From: Flavobacteriales bacterium
GTDB taxonomy: Bacteria; Bacteroidota; Bacteroidia; Flavobacteriales_D; CAJJDF01
Direction: 5' to 3'
Assembly: GCA_965657945.1 (NCBI GenBank)
Contig: CBFHPW010000006.1
Coordinates: forward strand, 18,702-82,701
DNA length: 64,000 nucleotides
Part shown: positions 1 to 10,580 of the stretch, piece by piece
Position numbering within the stretch: the stretch's first letter is position 1
Layout of the letters: every line of letters starts with the position of its first letter
Translations under genes and position numbers: made by a program
The notes under the pieces: generated by a model
Database searches by the model: none
Told to the model about the DNA's origin: nothing
The model's input: the letters and a program-made list of their open reading frames with translations, nothing else

Positions 1-1
1 T

Positions 2-835
2 TACACCAATCACTTTTGGGACAATGTTGATTTATCTGACGATAGATTAGGAAAGTCAGCCTTGTTTTACAATCAAATGGAAACTTATTTCATGAAAGTA
101 ATTGCACAGATTCCGGACACCATTAACCAAAGAATCGATGCTTTTATGAATCAACTTACCCCCAATGGATTCATGATGAAATCGGCAGTAGGGTTCTTGG
201 CTTATGCGCACGCAAAAACAAAAATTATGGGGATGGAATCTGTTTACGTTTATGTTGCGGATAACTACATCCTAAACGGAAGAAGCAATTGGATCGATCA
301 AGATAAAATTGAAAAACTTCGGCCCAAGGTGGATAAATTGAGACCAACCTTGATCGGTAAAATTGCCCCGAATATAATTTTAGCTGATACATCTGAGAAA
401 AAGTGGATAAACTTAGCTAACGTAAACCACGAGTATACTTTACTCATTTTTTGGGCAGAAGATTGTGGACATTGCAAAAAAGAAATTCCAAAATTCAAGA
501 AAGTATACGACAGTTTAAAAAACATATCAGAAATTGATTTGGAAGTGTATGCTGTTTGTACCAGTATTGAAAATGATGATTGGAGAAAGTTTATAAAAGA
601 AAAAGAACTGGATTGGATTAATGTTTCTGACTTTCAAGAAATGCGAGAGGACCACATGAAGTACTTAATTGAAAAGAAAACAACGTTAGAAAGTATAAAC
701 TACCGAAACATTTATGATGTTTTTGTTACACCTGTTGCCTACTTATTGGACAAGGACAAGCGTATTGTTGCCAAGCAATTCGATTCCGATCAGCTTTCTG
801 AAATACTGAAGGTTTTGCAAAACAGAAAGAAATAA
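2..835 (+). CDS. Thioredoxin-fold thiol:disulfide oxidoreductase-like protein (TlpA/AhpC-TSA-like), 5' end cut by the window edge
   Basis: The reading frame is open from nt 2 with no stop before the listed TTG at 62, so the gene begins upstream of the window. It carries the CxxC redox motif 'WAEDCGHCKKEIP' in a thioredoxin-like context. Confidence 0.6.
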   Translation, partial: YTNHFWDNVDLSDDRLGKSALFYNQMETYFMKVIAQIPDTINQRIDAFMNQLTPNGFMMKSAVGFLAYAHAKTKIMGMESVYVYVADNYILNGRSNWIDQDKIEKLRPKVDKLRPTLIGKIAPNIILADTSEKKWINLANVNHEYTLLIFWAEDCGHCKKEIPKFKKVYDSLKNISEIDLEVYAVCTSIENDDWRKFIKEKELDWINVSDFQEMREDHMKYLIEKKTTLESINYRNIYDVFVTPVAYLLDKDKRIVAKQFDSDQLSEILKVLQNRKK

Positions 836-847
836 AATTCTTCTAAA

Positions 848-880
848 CTTGATATCACAAACTTGTATTTTTTATCTTTG
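848..880 (+). promoter_or_regulatory. Candidate Bacteroidota sigma-A-type promoter for hutU
   Basis: TATCTTTG at 873-880 matches the TAnnTTTG -7 consensus and lies 20 nt before the hutU ATG. A CTTG -33-like element sits at 848-851, with 21-nt spacing. Confidence 0.35.
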
Positions 881-900
881 AGACAATCAAAGAAAAAACT

Positions 901-2880
901 ATGTTACATGAAATAAAGCTTGGAATCCCTCCAGAAATTCCAAAGAAGAAAGAATTTGATAAAACAATAAGTCACGCGCCAAAAAGGAAAGATATTCTTT
1001 CTGACGAAGAAAAGAAATTGGCCTTAAAAAATGCGCTACGATACTTTCCAAAAGACCAACACCGAACCCTGGTAAAAGAATTCAGAGAAGAACTAGAAAC
1101 ATACGGTAGAATCTACATGTATCGATACATGCCAGATTATAAAATATATGCCCGACCAATAGAAGAATACCCTGCAAACTCAAAACAAGCTGCAGCGATT
1201 ATGTTAATGATTCAGAACAATCTGGATCACGCAATCGCTCAACATCCTCAGGAATTGATTACCTACGGTGGAAATGGTGGAGTGTTTCAGAACTGGGCTC
1301 AATATTTACTTACCATGCAATATTTGTCTGAAATGACAGATGAGCAAACTTTGGTGATGTATTCTGGTCATCCAATGGGGCTATTCCCGTCTCACAAAGA
1401 TGCTCCTCGTGTTGTGGTTACAAACGGTATGATGATACCTAACTATTCAAAACCAGACGATTGGGAAAAATTCAATGCATTAGGTGTTACCCAATATGGT
1501 CAAATGACTGCTGGATCCTACATGTATATTGGACCACAAGGTATTGTGCATGGGACAACCATTACTGTACTAAACGCTGGTAGAAAGATTTCTAAAAATG
1601 GAGAAGGTTTAGCTGGAAAACTTTTTGTAACCTCCGGACTTGGTGGAATGAGTGGTGCTCAGCCAAAAGCAGGAAATATAGCAGGTTGCGTTACAGTTTG
1701 TGCCGAAGTAAATGACTTCGCTTCAATTAAAAGACATGAACAAGGTTGGGTAGACGAATTGATTGACAACATAGACGAATTGGTATCCCGAGTGCGACAA
1801 GCTAAAGAAAACAAAGAAGTTGTTTCCATTGCGTATCAAGGTAACATTGTAGATGTATGGGAAAGATTTGAACAAGAAGATATTTTTGTCGATTTAGGTT
1901 CCGACCAAACTTCTCTGCACAATCCATGGGCTGGAGGATACTATCCGGTTGGGTTGACCTACCAAGAAGCCAATAATATGATGGCTAATAAGCCTGAAGA
2001 ATTTAAATCGTTCGTAGAAAAATCTTTGATAAGACAAACCAATGCCATTAATAGTCATGCAGCGAAGGGAACCTACTTCTTTGATTACGGAAATGCCTTT
2101 TTACTAGAAGCTTCAAGAGCTGGAGCAAATATCATGGCAGAAAATGGAATTAATTTTAAATACGCTTCCTATGTACAAGATATTATGGGACCCATGTGTT
2201 TTGATTACGGTTTTGGTCCTTTTAGATGGGTTTGTGCAAGCGGAAAAGATTCTGACTTAGATAAGACAGATGAAATTGCGTGTAAAGTACTTGAGGAGTT
2301 GGCGAAAGACTCACCCGAAGAAATCAAACAACAAATGTTAGACAATATCCAATGGATTAAGGGTGCCAAAGAAAATAAGCTGGTTGTGGGATCGCAAGCA
2401 AGAATATTATATGCCAACTCTGATGGGAGAATAAAAATAGCTCAAGCATTTAATGAAGCCATAGAAAAAGGAGAAATTGGTGAAATAATTTTAGGAAGAG
2501 ACCACCACGATGTTTCGGGAACCGACTCGCCATACAGAGAAACGTCAAACATCTATGATGGATCCAGTTTCACAGCAGATATGGCAATACACAATGTGAT
2601 TGGCGATTCGTTCAGAGGAGCTACTTGGGTATCTATCCACAATGGTGGTGGTGTAGGCTGGGGCGAAGTAATAAATGGAGGATTTGGAATGTTACTAGAT
2701 GGAAGTGCTGACTCCTCTAGAAGATTGAAATCAATGCTATTTTGGGATGTAAATAATGGAATTGCCAGAAGAAGTTGGGCAAGAAATGAAGAAGCTATTT
2801 TTGCTATTAAACAAGCAATGAAAGACAATCCTGAACTCAAAGTAACCTTACCAAACCTAGTTGACGAAGATTTACTTTAG
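901..2880 (+). CDS. hutU: Urocanate hydratase (long-form urocanase)
   Basis: ATG-initiated 659-aa ORF. It has the glycine-rich NAD-binding stretch 'TSGLGGMSGAQPKAG' and the conserved 'GRDHHDVSGTDSPYRETS' region typical of urocanase. Confidence 0.9.
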   Translation: MLHEIKLGIPPEIPKKKEFDKTISHAPKRKDILSDEEKKLALKNALRYFPKDQHRTLVKEFREELETYGRIYMYRYMPDYKIYARPIEEYPANSKQAAAIMLMIQNNLDHAIAQHPQELITYGGNGGVFQNWAQYLLTMQYLSEMTDEQTLVMYSGHPMGLFPSHKDAPRVVVTNGMMIPNYSKPDDWEKFNALGVTQYGQMTAGSYMYIGPQGIVHGTTITVLNAGRKISKNGEGLAGKLFVTSGLGGMSGAQPKAGNIAGCVTVCAEVNDFASIKRHEQGWVDELIDNIDELVSRVRQAKENKEVVSIAYQGNIVDVWERFEQEDIFVDLGSDQTSLHNPWAGGYYPVGLTYQEANNMMANKPEEFKSFVEKSLIRQTNAINSHAAKGTYFFDYGNAFLLEASRAGANIMAENGINFKYASYVQDIMGPMCFDYGFGPFRWVCASGKDSDLDKTDEIACKVLEELAKDSPEEIKQQMLDNIQWIKGAKENKLVVGSQARILYANSDGRIKIAQAFNEAIEKGEIGEIILGRDHHDVSGTDSPYRETSNIYDGSSFTADMAIHNVIGDSFRGATWVSIHNGGGVGWGEVINGGFGMLLDGSADSSRRLKSMLFWDVNNGIARRSWARNEEAIFAIKQAMKDNPELKVTLPNLVDEDLL

Positions 2881-2946
2881 CATGTACAACTATTATAATA
2901 CAAACTGACAATCTGATCAGATTGTGAGGTAAAATCTAAAAAAAAC

Positions 2947-2982
2947 AGAGAGAAATTTGACTAATTTTCACTCTATTTTTTT
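2947..2982 (+). terminator. Putative rho-independent terminator of hutU
   Basis: A 9-bp hairpin (AGAGAGAAA / TTTCACTCT, one mismatch) is followed by ATTTTTTT, 67 nt after the hutU stop. Confidence 0.4.
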
Positions 2983-3172
2983 AGTTTAAAATTTGGTCAA
3001 ATCAGACTGTTTTGTGTTTCTAAACTGCACCTTCCTTAATGTTTTTTAGGTAACACGGTTTATCATTCTTACTGTTATTTGTTAACGCCAATGAAATTAA
3101 AATTCGACTATAAAGCCAAAGATTATGTGTCAAAATCAAGATGACTGAATCAAATTAATTTGACAATATAAT

Positions 3173-5803
3173 TTAAGAAACAAAACTCTTTGCCAACTCC
3201 AACACCTTCTCAATCCCATCTGGATTACTCCCACCTGCAGAAGCAAAGAAAGGTTGTCCTCCTCCTCCACCATTGATTTCTTTGGCAAGTTCACGCACCA
3301 TGTTTCCTGCGTGCAGATCTTTGGATTTTGATAATTCTTCGGAAACCAAAATGGTAATATTTGCTTTTTCATCAGTTTCGTTGCACAACACCAAAAACAA
3401 ATTATCCATCTCAGCTTTCAGTTGAAAAGCAATCGTTTTAATTCCTTTTGGATCCAAATCTACTTTTTTAGCCAAGAAATTAATTCCGTTTACTTCTTTG
3501 ATTTCTTTCTTCAGGTCTTCTTTTAAATTTCCGGCATGAGCCGCTTTGAGTTTTTCAATTTCTTTGGCTTGTGCACTGTTCTTTTGCAACAATTCTTCCA
3601 CTGCCAATTTCAAGTCTTTAGGCGATTTTAATAGAGTTTTCAATTCATCTACAACTTTCAGTTTGTCGTTTACAAATTTATCGGCTGTTTCGCTAGTAAT
3701 GGCCTCTATTCGTCTTATTCCCGCAGCTGTAGAACTTTCTGAAGTGATTTTAAAAGAACCTATTTTCCCCGTGGATGAAACATGAATTCCTCCACATAGC
3801 TCGATGGAATCTCCAAACTGAATTACACGAACTAAATCTCCATACTTTTCTCCAAACAAAGCTTTTGCGCCTAACTCCTGAGCTTTTTTCATAGGAGTAT
3901 TTCGCAATTCATTCAAGTGTATGTCTTTGCGTATTTCTGTGTTTACACGAGTCTCAATTTCCGCTAGTTCTTCGTCCGTTACTTTACTGAAGTGTGAAAA
4001 ATCAAAACGTAAATACTGTTCATTTACCAACGAACCTTTTTGCTCTACATGGCTTCCCAACACATCTTGCAATGCTTTGTGCAGCAAGTGTGTAGCTGTG
4101 TGATTATTAGCTGTCAATGCTCTTTTTTTTGCATTCACCACCGCATGAAACATCAACGTAGGATGCTCAGGTAATTTATCCGTGTAATGCAAAATAAGTC
4201 CATCTTCCTTTTTGGTATTGGTGATAAAAACTTTCTCATTTTCAGACTCAATAAATCCTGTGTCGCCTACTTGCCCACCTCCTTCTGCATAGAAAGGTGT
4301 GAAATTAAATACCAATTGATAAAACTCCTTGTTTTTGGCTTTTACCTTTCGGTATCGAGTGATATACACACTTGTATCTAATGAATCATATCCAATAAAT
4401 TCTTGGACATCATCGTCTTTCAATACTACCCAATCAGAAGTATCAACTTTACTTGCTTTTTTACTTCTGTCTTTTTGTTCTTGAAGACTAGTTTCAAAGT
4501 TTTTTTCAGATACCTCAAATCCATTTTCTGAGGCAATTAATGCCGTTAAATCAAACGGAAACCCAAAGGTATCATACAATTCAAATGCATCTTTCCCTTC
4601 TATTATTTTAGTTGATTTGTTGGCTTCCATCAAATCATCCATTCGTTTAATTCCTTGTTCCAAAGTTCGGTAAAAAGAAATTTCTTCCTCTTGTATCACT
4701 TTGGTACACAGTTCTTTTTGTGCAACAAGCTCAGGAAATGCTTCTCCCATTTCTTTGGCCAATATCTCAACTAATTTATGGAAAAACGGTTCTTTCAAAT
4801 CCAATACTTGGTATCCATAACGCACCGCTCTTCTTAAGATTCTGCGAATTACATAACCTGCCCCAGTATTGGATGGCAATTGTCCATCTGCTATTGCAAA
4901 AGCTAATGTTCTTATGTGATCCGCAATTACTCGAATGGCAATGTTCGTTTTCGTTTGTTCTTCAGAGTGCCCTTCTCCTTCTTTGTATTTCTTCCCCGAA
5001 ATCTTTTCGATTTCTTGAATTAAGGGAGAAAAAACATCTGTGTCGTAATTTGATTTTTTGCCTTGCATGGCCATCACCAATCGCTCAAATCCCATTCCTG
5101 TATCTACGTGCTGAGCCGGAAGTGGATGCAACGAACCATCCTTAATTCGGTTGTACTGCATAAATACCAAATTCCAAATCTCTACTACTTGTGGGTGATC
5201 TTCATTCACCAATTCTCTTCCTCCCACTTTATCAATCTCAGCTTGGTCTCTTAAATCTACGTGAATTTCGGAGCAAGGTCCACACGGTCCTACTTCTCCC
5301 ATTTCCCAAAAATTGTCTTTTTTATCTGCTAAAATAATTTTATCCTCCGAAACGATTTTACTCCAAATGTCTTTGGCCTCTTGATCCAAACTTGTGCTAT
5401 CTTCATTATCGCCCTCAAAAACTGTTACATACAATCTGTCTTTGTCCAGCTTGTAAACTTCGGTTAGTAATTCCCAAGCCCATTCGATGGCTTCTTTCTT
5501 AAAGTAATCTCCAAACGACCAATTCCCCAGCATCTCAAACATCGTGTGGTGGTAGGTGTCTACTCCTACTTCTTCCAAATCGTTGTGTTTTCCTGAAACT
5601 CTCAAGCATTTTTGTGAATTGGCAACACGCGCATCTTTGATTTCTTTGTTTCCTAAAAACAAATCTTTGAATTGATTCATTCCGGCATTGTTGAACATCA
5701 AAGTAGGGTCATTCTTCACCACAATTGGCGCAGAATCAACTATTTTGTGTCCTTTCGATTCAAAAAAATCTTTGTATTGCTGGCGTATTTCCTTTGCAGT
5801 CAT
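3173..5803 (-). CDS. alaS: Alanine--tRNA ligase
   Basis: 876-aa ORF with the canonical N-terminus '[19 protein letters not shown]', class II core motifs, an editing-domain HxxxH region ('[11 protein letters not shown]') and a C-terminal 'GGGGGQP' segment. Confidence 0.95.
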   Translation of the reverse strand: MTAKEIRQQYKDFFESKGHKIVDSAPIVVKNDPTLMFNNAGMNQFKDLFLGNKEIKDARVANSQKCLRVSGKHNDLEEVGVDTYHHTMFEMLGNWSFGDYFKKEAIEWAWELLTEVYKLDKDRLYVTVFEGDNEDSTSLDQEAKDIWSKIVSEDKIILADKKDNFWEMGEVGPCGPCSEIHVDLRDQAEIDKVGGRELVNEDHPQVVEIWNLVFMQYNRIKDGSLHPLPAQHVDTGMGFERLVMAMQGKKSNYDTDVFSPLIQEIEKISGKKYKEGEGHSEEQTKTNIAIRVIADHIRTLAFAIADGQLPSNTGAGYVIRRILRRAVRYGYQVLDLKEPFFHKLVEILAKEMGEAFPELVAQKELCTKVIQEEEISFYRTLEQGIKRMDDLMEANKSTKIIEGKDAFELYDTFGFPFDLTALIASENGFEVSEKNFETSLQEQKDRSKKASKVDTSDWVVLKDDDVQEFIGYDSLDTSVYITRYRKVKAKNKEFYQLVFNFTPFYAEGGGQVGDTGFIESENEKVFITNTKKEDGLILHYTDKLPEHPTLMFHAVVNAKKRALTANNHTATHLLHKALQDVLGSHVEQKGSLVNEQYLRFDFSHFSKVTDEELAEIETRVNTEIRKDIHLNELRNTPMKKAQELGAKALFGEKYGDLVRVIQFGDSIELCGGIHVSSTGKIGSFKITSESSTAAGIRRIEAITSETADKFVNDKLKVVDELKTLLKSPKDLKLAVEELLQKNSAQAKEIEKLKAAHAGNLKEDLKKEIKEVNGINFLAKKVDLDPKGIKTIAFQLKAEMDNLFLVLCNETDEKANITILVSEELSKSKDLHAGNMVRELAKEINGGGGGQPFFASAGGSNPDGIEKVLELAKSFVS

Positions 5804-5904
5804 TTTTGTTGTTTGCGATTAATCAACAAAAATAACATAAATTGAGGTGAAACAAGAACTTGAAATAAAATATTATCCAGACCTTTTTCACTCCCAAACT
5901 TTGC

Positions 5905-6687
5905 CTAAAACCGATAATGAATTCCTGCATTTATGGAAGTGTAAAAGTTCAAGAAATTACCTCCTTTGGCTACCACAAGATGTTCTTTGTATCGTTCGCT
6001 CGAGTAGTGATATTTTTCTTGCGCAATCATTTGAAGTTCGCTCGACAAAGTCATAAAAGAAGTGAAATAAAAACGGGGAGAAATATCTAACTTAAATCCT
6101 AAACGGACATTGAGTCCACAAGTGAAGTAATGATAAACTGAGTTTAAATCATTTAAATTACCGAAAGGATTAAGCGTATCGAAGACTGCTCCATATTGAA
6201 AATAGTTATATCCATTTTGTTCTACAGTATCTATTCCTCCTTCCACTACACGCTGGTAAGTTTCACGTCTTAAGTGGCCAAACGTTACCTCCCCTCCCCA
6301 AATCAAATTCAATTTCCAGACAGCAAAGGTTTTTTCGATTCCCAGTTCTATTCTTTGATAGTTTCCACTACCCAAACGATTTCTTGAAACACCAATTAAA
6401 GGAATAATGCTGTCGTTGGTTTGGAAAAACAAATACTCATTAGAACCAACAAAATGAAAGTTATTCAATCCTCCTAAATTAAAATTGGCTCTAAAATTAT
6501 ACCGCGAATCAGAAAAAAATCTTCGATAGGTAATCCCAAAGTTTGGACTGCCATTTCCAAGGCCAAAATCCATACCCAAAGAGTTCTTATTTGATTTTGT
6601 AACAAACTCATCCGACTTTTGAGAATTTGAAAAGTTGCTTATCAAAACTATTGCCCATATGATAATCCATTTGTTTTTCATTTTCAT
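5905..6687 (-). CDS. Hypothetical outer-membrane beta-barrel-like protein
   Basis: N-terminal signal peptide (MKMKNKWIIIWAIVLISNFSNS), alternating beta-strand-like composition rich in G/N/F/Y, and a C-terminal aromatic residue ('GIHYRF'). Confidence 0.5.
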   Translation of the reverse strand: MKMKNKWIIIWAIVLISNFSNSQKSDEFVTKSNKNSLGMDFGLGNGSPNFGITYRRFFSDSRYNFRANFNLGGLNNFHFVGSNEYLFFQTNDSIIPLIGVSRNRLGSGNYQRIELGIEKTFAVWKLNLIWGGEVTFGHLRRETYQRVVEGGIDTVEQNGYNYFQYGAVFDTLNPFGNLNDLNSVYHYFTCGLNVRLGFKLDISPRFYFTSFMTLSSELQMIAQEKYHYSSERYKEHLVVAKGGNFLNFYTSINAGIHYRF

Positions 6688-6766
6688 TACTTTTAGTTTA
6701 AATTAAGAGGGTGTAAAACGCCACTTATTCATTATTTAGTATTCGTTCAATTAAAAGTAAATAATT

Positions 6767-7441
6767 TTGAAATCATTCCATTCACTCTACATTGTTATCC
6801 TAACAATTATTCTGGCCTCCTGTGCTTCTTCAAGATTTGTGGAGCCTCTCGAAAAAGGTCAGCAAGTATTGGCCTTAGATGTTGGTGGTCCTACCATAGA
6901 ATTTGGTGGAGCGGTAATCCCAATCCCTTTAAGTTCTGTTGTTTATGCGCGCGGAATTGACACAAACCTTACCGTATTTGGCAGTATTCATTTCACCTCT
7001 TTGCTCTTCGGTAATATTCAAACGGATATAGGAGCGACTTATAGAATCTATGAATCAAAAAAACCTTTCATTCCTTCGCTTAGTACTTCAGTAAACGGAA
7101 ATGCGGTGTACGACATGAATGATAGGATGTTTAAGTTTTGGCCACAACTGGATGTTAATGCATTTTGGAACTTTGGGGCAAATGAGCATTATTTCTATGC
7201 GGGTGTTTCTAATTGGTGGGAACTTGGTGCGTTTCGTTCCCAAGAAAGACCTCAGCTAGACAGGTGGCTTGTGAATCCGCAGCTGGGTGTTGTTCTCAAA
7301 TCAAAAAAATGGTTCTATTCCATAGAAACTAAATTTCTGGCACCGAGTCACAACAATGTCAATTTGTTTGTTCCTTATTTTTCTATTCTTGGGGAAAATG
7401 GAGCTTCTGGAATCTATTTTGGAATTGGCAGAAAATTTTAA
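6767..7441 (+). CDS. Hypothetical lipoprotein / outer-membrane protein
   Basis: TTG start. Lipobox-like 'ILASCASS', and a C-terminal 'GIGRKF' typical of OM barrels. It is divergent from the preceding OM protein gene. Confidence 0.5.
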   Translation: MKSFHSLYIVILTIILASCASSRFVEPLEKGQQVLALDVGGPTIEFGGAVIPIPLSSVVYARGIDTNLTVFGSIHFTSLLFGNIQTDIGATYRIYESKKPFIPSLSTSVNGNAVYDMNDRMFKFWPQLDVNAFWNFGANEHYFYAGVSNWWELGAFRSQERPQLDRWLVNPQLGVVLKSKKWFYSIETKFLAPSHNNVNLFVPYFSILGENGASGIYFGIGRKF

Positions 7442-7462
7442 CTCATTAAACCTACTACAATT

Positions 7463-8347
7463 ATGAAATACCTACTCTATATTTTTAGTCTGATTGCTCT
7501 TTCTTCTTGTTTTAAAATGGATGACTTGCCTTTTTTGGGTGAAAAGATAACCGAATACAAGTTTGAAAATTACGAAGGAGAAAACGAAATAACGTTGCCA
7601 CAAAGCTACAACATAGCGGACAGCAACATTCACCTTATGACTTTACAATCAAAGCTGCCAAATGAATCTGAAGGAGAAACGATTTATGCCGTATACATTG
7701 GCAACATAAATTCTATTTCCAACGACACCATAATTGTATACTGTCATGGACAATCCAAGCACATGGATGCTTATTGGCAAAGGGCTAAACTTTTAGCAAA
7801 TACTGGAAGTAAAAATAGGTTTGGTGTGCTAATGATGGACTACAGAGGTTATGGTTTATCCACAGGGAAATCAACAGAAGAAAGCTTATACCAAGACGTA
7901 AGAACATGCCTCGATTGGTTAGATTCCAAAAATGTAACCAGCAACCAAGTCATTATGTATGGGTTTAGTTTAGGAACAATTCCCGCTATAGATTTGTCAG
8001 CCTATTATACTGTATCAGCTCCTAACAAGCTTATCATAGAGGCTCCAATGGCCTCTGTTGAGAATTTAACGGAAGAAGCTTTACTACTTGATGTCTCCTC
8101 TACCTTTTTTACAAGTCTGAAGTTTGATAATGTTGAAAAAATAAAAAACGTGTCTCAACCACTCATGTGGATTCATGGTAAAGAGGACGATTACCTATCG
8201 ATTTCGAATGGAGAAGCTATTTTTGAACGCCACACAGGAACTTTCAAAGAACCTCACAGAATTGATGGAGGGAACCACGGAGACTTGCCTCTAGTTATGG
8301 GATTCCAAAATTACAGCAACAAAGTTTTATCCTTCATTTCTAGATAA
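7463..8347 (+). CDS. Alpha/beta-fold hydrolase (lipoprotein)
   Basis: Lipobox 'LSSCF', nucleophile elbow 'GFSLGT' (GxSxG), and downstream 'HGKEDD' and 'GGNHGD' consistent with an Asp/His catalytic pair. Confidence 0.7.
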   Translation: MKYLLYIFSLIALSSCFKMDDLPFLGEKITEYKFENYEGENEITLPQSYNIADSNIHLMTLQSKLPNESEGETIYAVYIGNINSISNDTIIVYCHGQSKHMDAYWQRAKLLANTGSKNRFGVLMMDYRGYGLSTGKSTEESLYQDVRTCLDWLDSKNVTSNQVIMYGFSLGTIPAIDLSAYYTVSAPNKLIIEAPMASVENLTEEALLLDVSSTFFTSLKFDNVEKIKNVSQPLMWIHGKEDDYLSISNGEAIFERHTGTFKEPHRIDGGNHGDLPLVMGFQNYSNKVLSFISR

Positions 8348-8540
8348 TTATCAGGTAGTTAAAAAAAATAATTCAGTACTAGTAATTTAATTTAATAACT
8401 TCTAACAACCGATTTGTTTCTAATCTCGCACACTTTTAAGTAAAAAGATAAAGTTGGGGTATGGTTCCTTGTTACCAAACCCGATACAGTGTCACAACTT
8501 GGCTAAAAGATCAACTCAATGAAGTTGTCTTTTTATCGAT

Positions 8541-9665
8541 TTAATACCCAGAAACAAAACTAGAATCTGTTAATGTAAGTAAAAATGCTTTTAAATCGGC
8601 TTTTTCTTGCGGTGTGAGTTGAACTCCTCCAGCGCTTACATTTTTAAGTAAGGGAGATACAGTCGAAGAAGCTTTAAGTCCAGAGCTGTAATGGTCTATT
8701 ACCTCATCCAATGTTTGGAATCTTCCATCGTGCATGTAAGGAGCAGTAAAGGCCAAGTTTCTCAAACTAGGTGTTTTAAACTTTCCGTTATCGGCAGGGT
8801 TTCCTGTTACATCTCCTAATCCGTTGTCAGTAAACGAGGCGTCCAGTCCGTTGTTGTGAAACAAATTATCTGTCCAAAGAGGGTTTGTTATATCTCCATG
8901 ACAATGAAAACAATCGGCTCCAGATTCACTCATGAACAAATTATATCCAGAAAGTTCAGAAGGTGTAAGCGCTATTTGTCTTAGCGTGTATTGATCAAAT
9001 CTTGAATTTCCCGAAATCAATGTTCTTTCGTATTGAGCAATTGCTTTAGCTGCCAGTAGTGAATCAACAGTAGAAGTTCCAAAAGCTGCACGAAACATGC
9101 TTGGATAGGAAGCATCGGCCTGCAATTTTGCAACCACATTGGACCAAGTATCGTGCATCTCTATTGGATTTGTGACGGGTTCTAAAGCTTGCTCCTCCAA
9201 TCCTAGTGCTCTTCCATCCCAAAAAAACTTCTTGTTCGAGTTCCAAGCATGATTAAAGATAGGCATGGCATTTCTGGTTCCTGCAATTCCATCAATTCCT
9301 ACACTATATCTATTGGTATCATCAAAAGATTGGGAAGGCAAGTGACAACTCGCACAAGCTTGAGTAAAATCAGCAGATAAGGTTTTGTCAAAAAATAACT
9401 TCTTTCCAAGTTCCACACCTTCAACGGTTGTCGGATTATCCGTAGGAATTGTAGGTGCAGGCAAAAACCTACCAAAAGTAGCTGGAATATTGAGCGAAAG
9501 AGGTGTTGGCGTTCCCGACTCGCTACCATATTCGCATGTTCCATTATCTACTTTGGCTTTAGAATCAAAATTATCGGCCATTTCATCCGTACAGCCTTCT
9601 CTGCGGCATGATGAAATACATCCTGCAATGGCGATAACTAAGCTAATTATTTTTATTCCCTTCAT
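8541..9665 (-). CDS. Di-haem cytochrome c peroxidase family protein (CCP/MauG/MbnH-like), lipoprotein
   Basis: Two CxxCH haem motifs ('CASCH', 'CFHCH'), the conserved 'FKTPSLRNLAFTAPYMHDG' block, and an N-terminal lipobox plus a small Cys module 'GCTDEMADNFDSKAKVDNGTCEY'. Confidence 0.8.
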   Translation of the reverse strand: MKGIKIISLVIAIAGCISSCRREGCTDEMADNFDSKAKVDNGTCEYGSESGTPTPLSLNIPATFGRFLPAPTIPTDNPTTVEGVELGKKLFFDKTLSADFTQACASCHLPSQSFDDTNRYSVGIDGIAGTRNAMPIFNHAWNSNKKFFWDGRALGLEEQALEPVTNPIEMHDTWSNVVAKLQADASYPSMFRAAFGTSTVDSLLAAKAIAQYERTLISGNSRFDQYTLRQIALTPSELSGYNLFMSESGADCFHCHGDITNPLWTDNLFHNNGLDASFTDNGLGDVTGNPADNGKFKTPSLRNLAFTAPYMHDGRFQTLDEVIDHYSSGLKASSTVSPLLKNVSAGGVQLTPQEKADLKAFLLTLTDSSFVSGY

Positions 9666-9673
9666 AGTATATT

Positions 9674-10483
9674 TTATAACTGTGGTGCAATTGTTCCCAA
9701 TGAGAACACAGATTTTCCATTTTTGTTCATCATCTTTTGTGCGGTATAGTTAGGCATTAACATCATGTGATACTGGTTTAAATCCCACAACACCGGATTT
9801 TGAAACCACTCTTCTATATTCATATCAATGTCTATATTCAACCTTTCTCCTTCTTTCACTTCAAACCCTCCATTGTAATCCCACAATCTTACTCTAAAAT
9901 GATTTGCTTCATTGATTCTCGTTCCATTCTCCATTTTCGATGCCGTTCCGTTATGGTAAGCAAACCCTTTCATGGTTCCTGTATTATCCACAAACATTCC
10001 TTCAAACTTTAAGAAATGATATCCTCCTCCAATCATCATTGGCCAAGACCATGAAGCTGCGTTCAAATCCGTGTAAGCACCTTCTTGGTTATCTTCTTCA
10101 TCAAAACCAAAAGTCATTGAGATTCCCGTGTATTTCCCCTCAGGAATAGCAACTCCCGGAGTATAAAATCGAGTTAATGGCTTATCGATATCCACAAAGT
10201 TGTACCCTCCTAAATCTACTTCGCTTCCATCAGTTTTGTGCAACGTAATATTAGAAACCAAATATTGTAATTTTGAAATTGTATGAACATTTCCTTTTGC
10301 ATTAGTGTATTGTGTACTGGCTAAATCAGAGGTTAGTACTTCATTGTCCTTGTATTTTTGTTTAAAAATAAAACTTACTTCTGTATTTACCATGTCCGTT
10401 TTATTATCCATAGGATCATCTGTCTTCTTACAACTTGTTCCTATTATAATAAGTGAAGCTAGGGCTAAAATTGTGTTTTTCAT
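9674..10483 (-). CDS. MbnP-like lipoprotein, the usual partner of MbnH-type di-haem peroxidases
   Basis: Lipobox 'IIGTSCKK'. Blocks 'LQYLVSNITLHKTDGSE' and 'ASWSWPMMIGGGYHFLKFEG' match my recollection of MbnP-family proteins. It ends 8 nt upstream of the peroxidase gene. Confidence 0.6.
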   Translation of the reverse strand: MKNTILALASLIIIGTSCKKTDDPMDNKTDMVNTEVSFIFKQKYKDNEVLTSDLASTQYTNAKGNVHTISKLQYLVSNITLHKTDGSEVDLGGYNFVDIDKPLTRFYTPGVAIPEGKYTGISMTFGFDEEDNQEGAYTDLNAASWSWPMMIGGGYHFLKFEGMFVDNTGTMKGFAYHNGTASKMENGTRINEANHFRVRLWDYNGGFEVKEGERLNIDIDMNIEEWFQNPVLWDLNQYHMMLMPNYTAQKMMNKNGKSVFSLGTIAPQL

Positions 10484-10580
10484 ATTTGTCGTTATTGGTA
10501 TTTTTAAATTTAGTGTATTTTAAGTTAATTGTCTATTGTTTTTCACAAAGACGTATTTATTTTTCATCTAGGACCAAATC

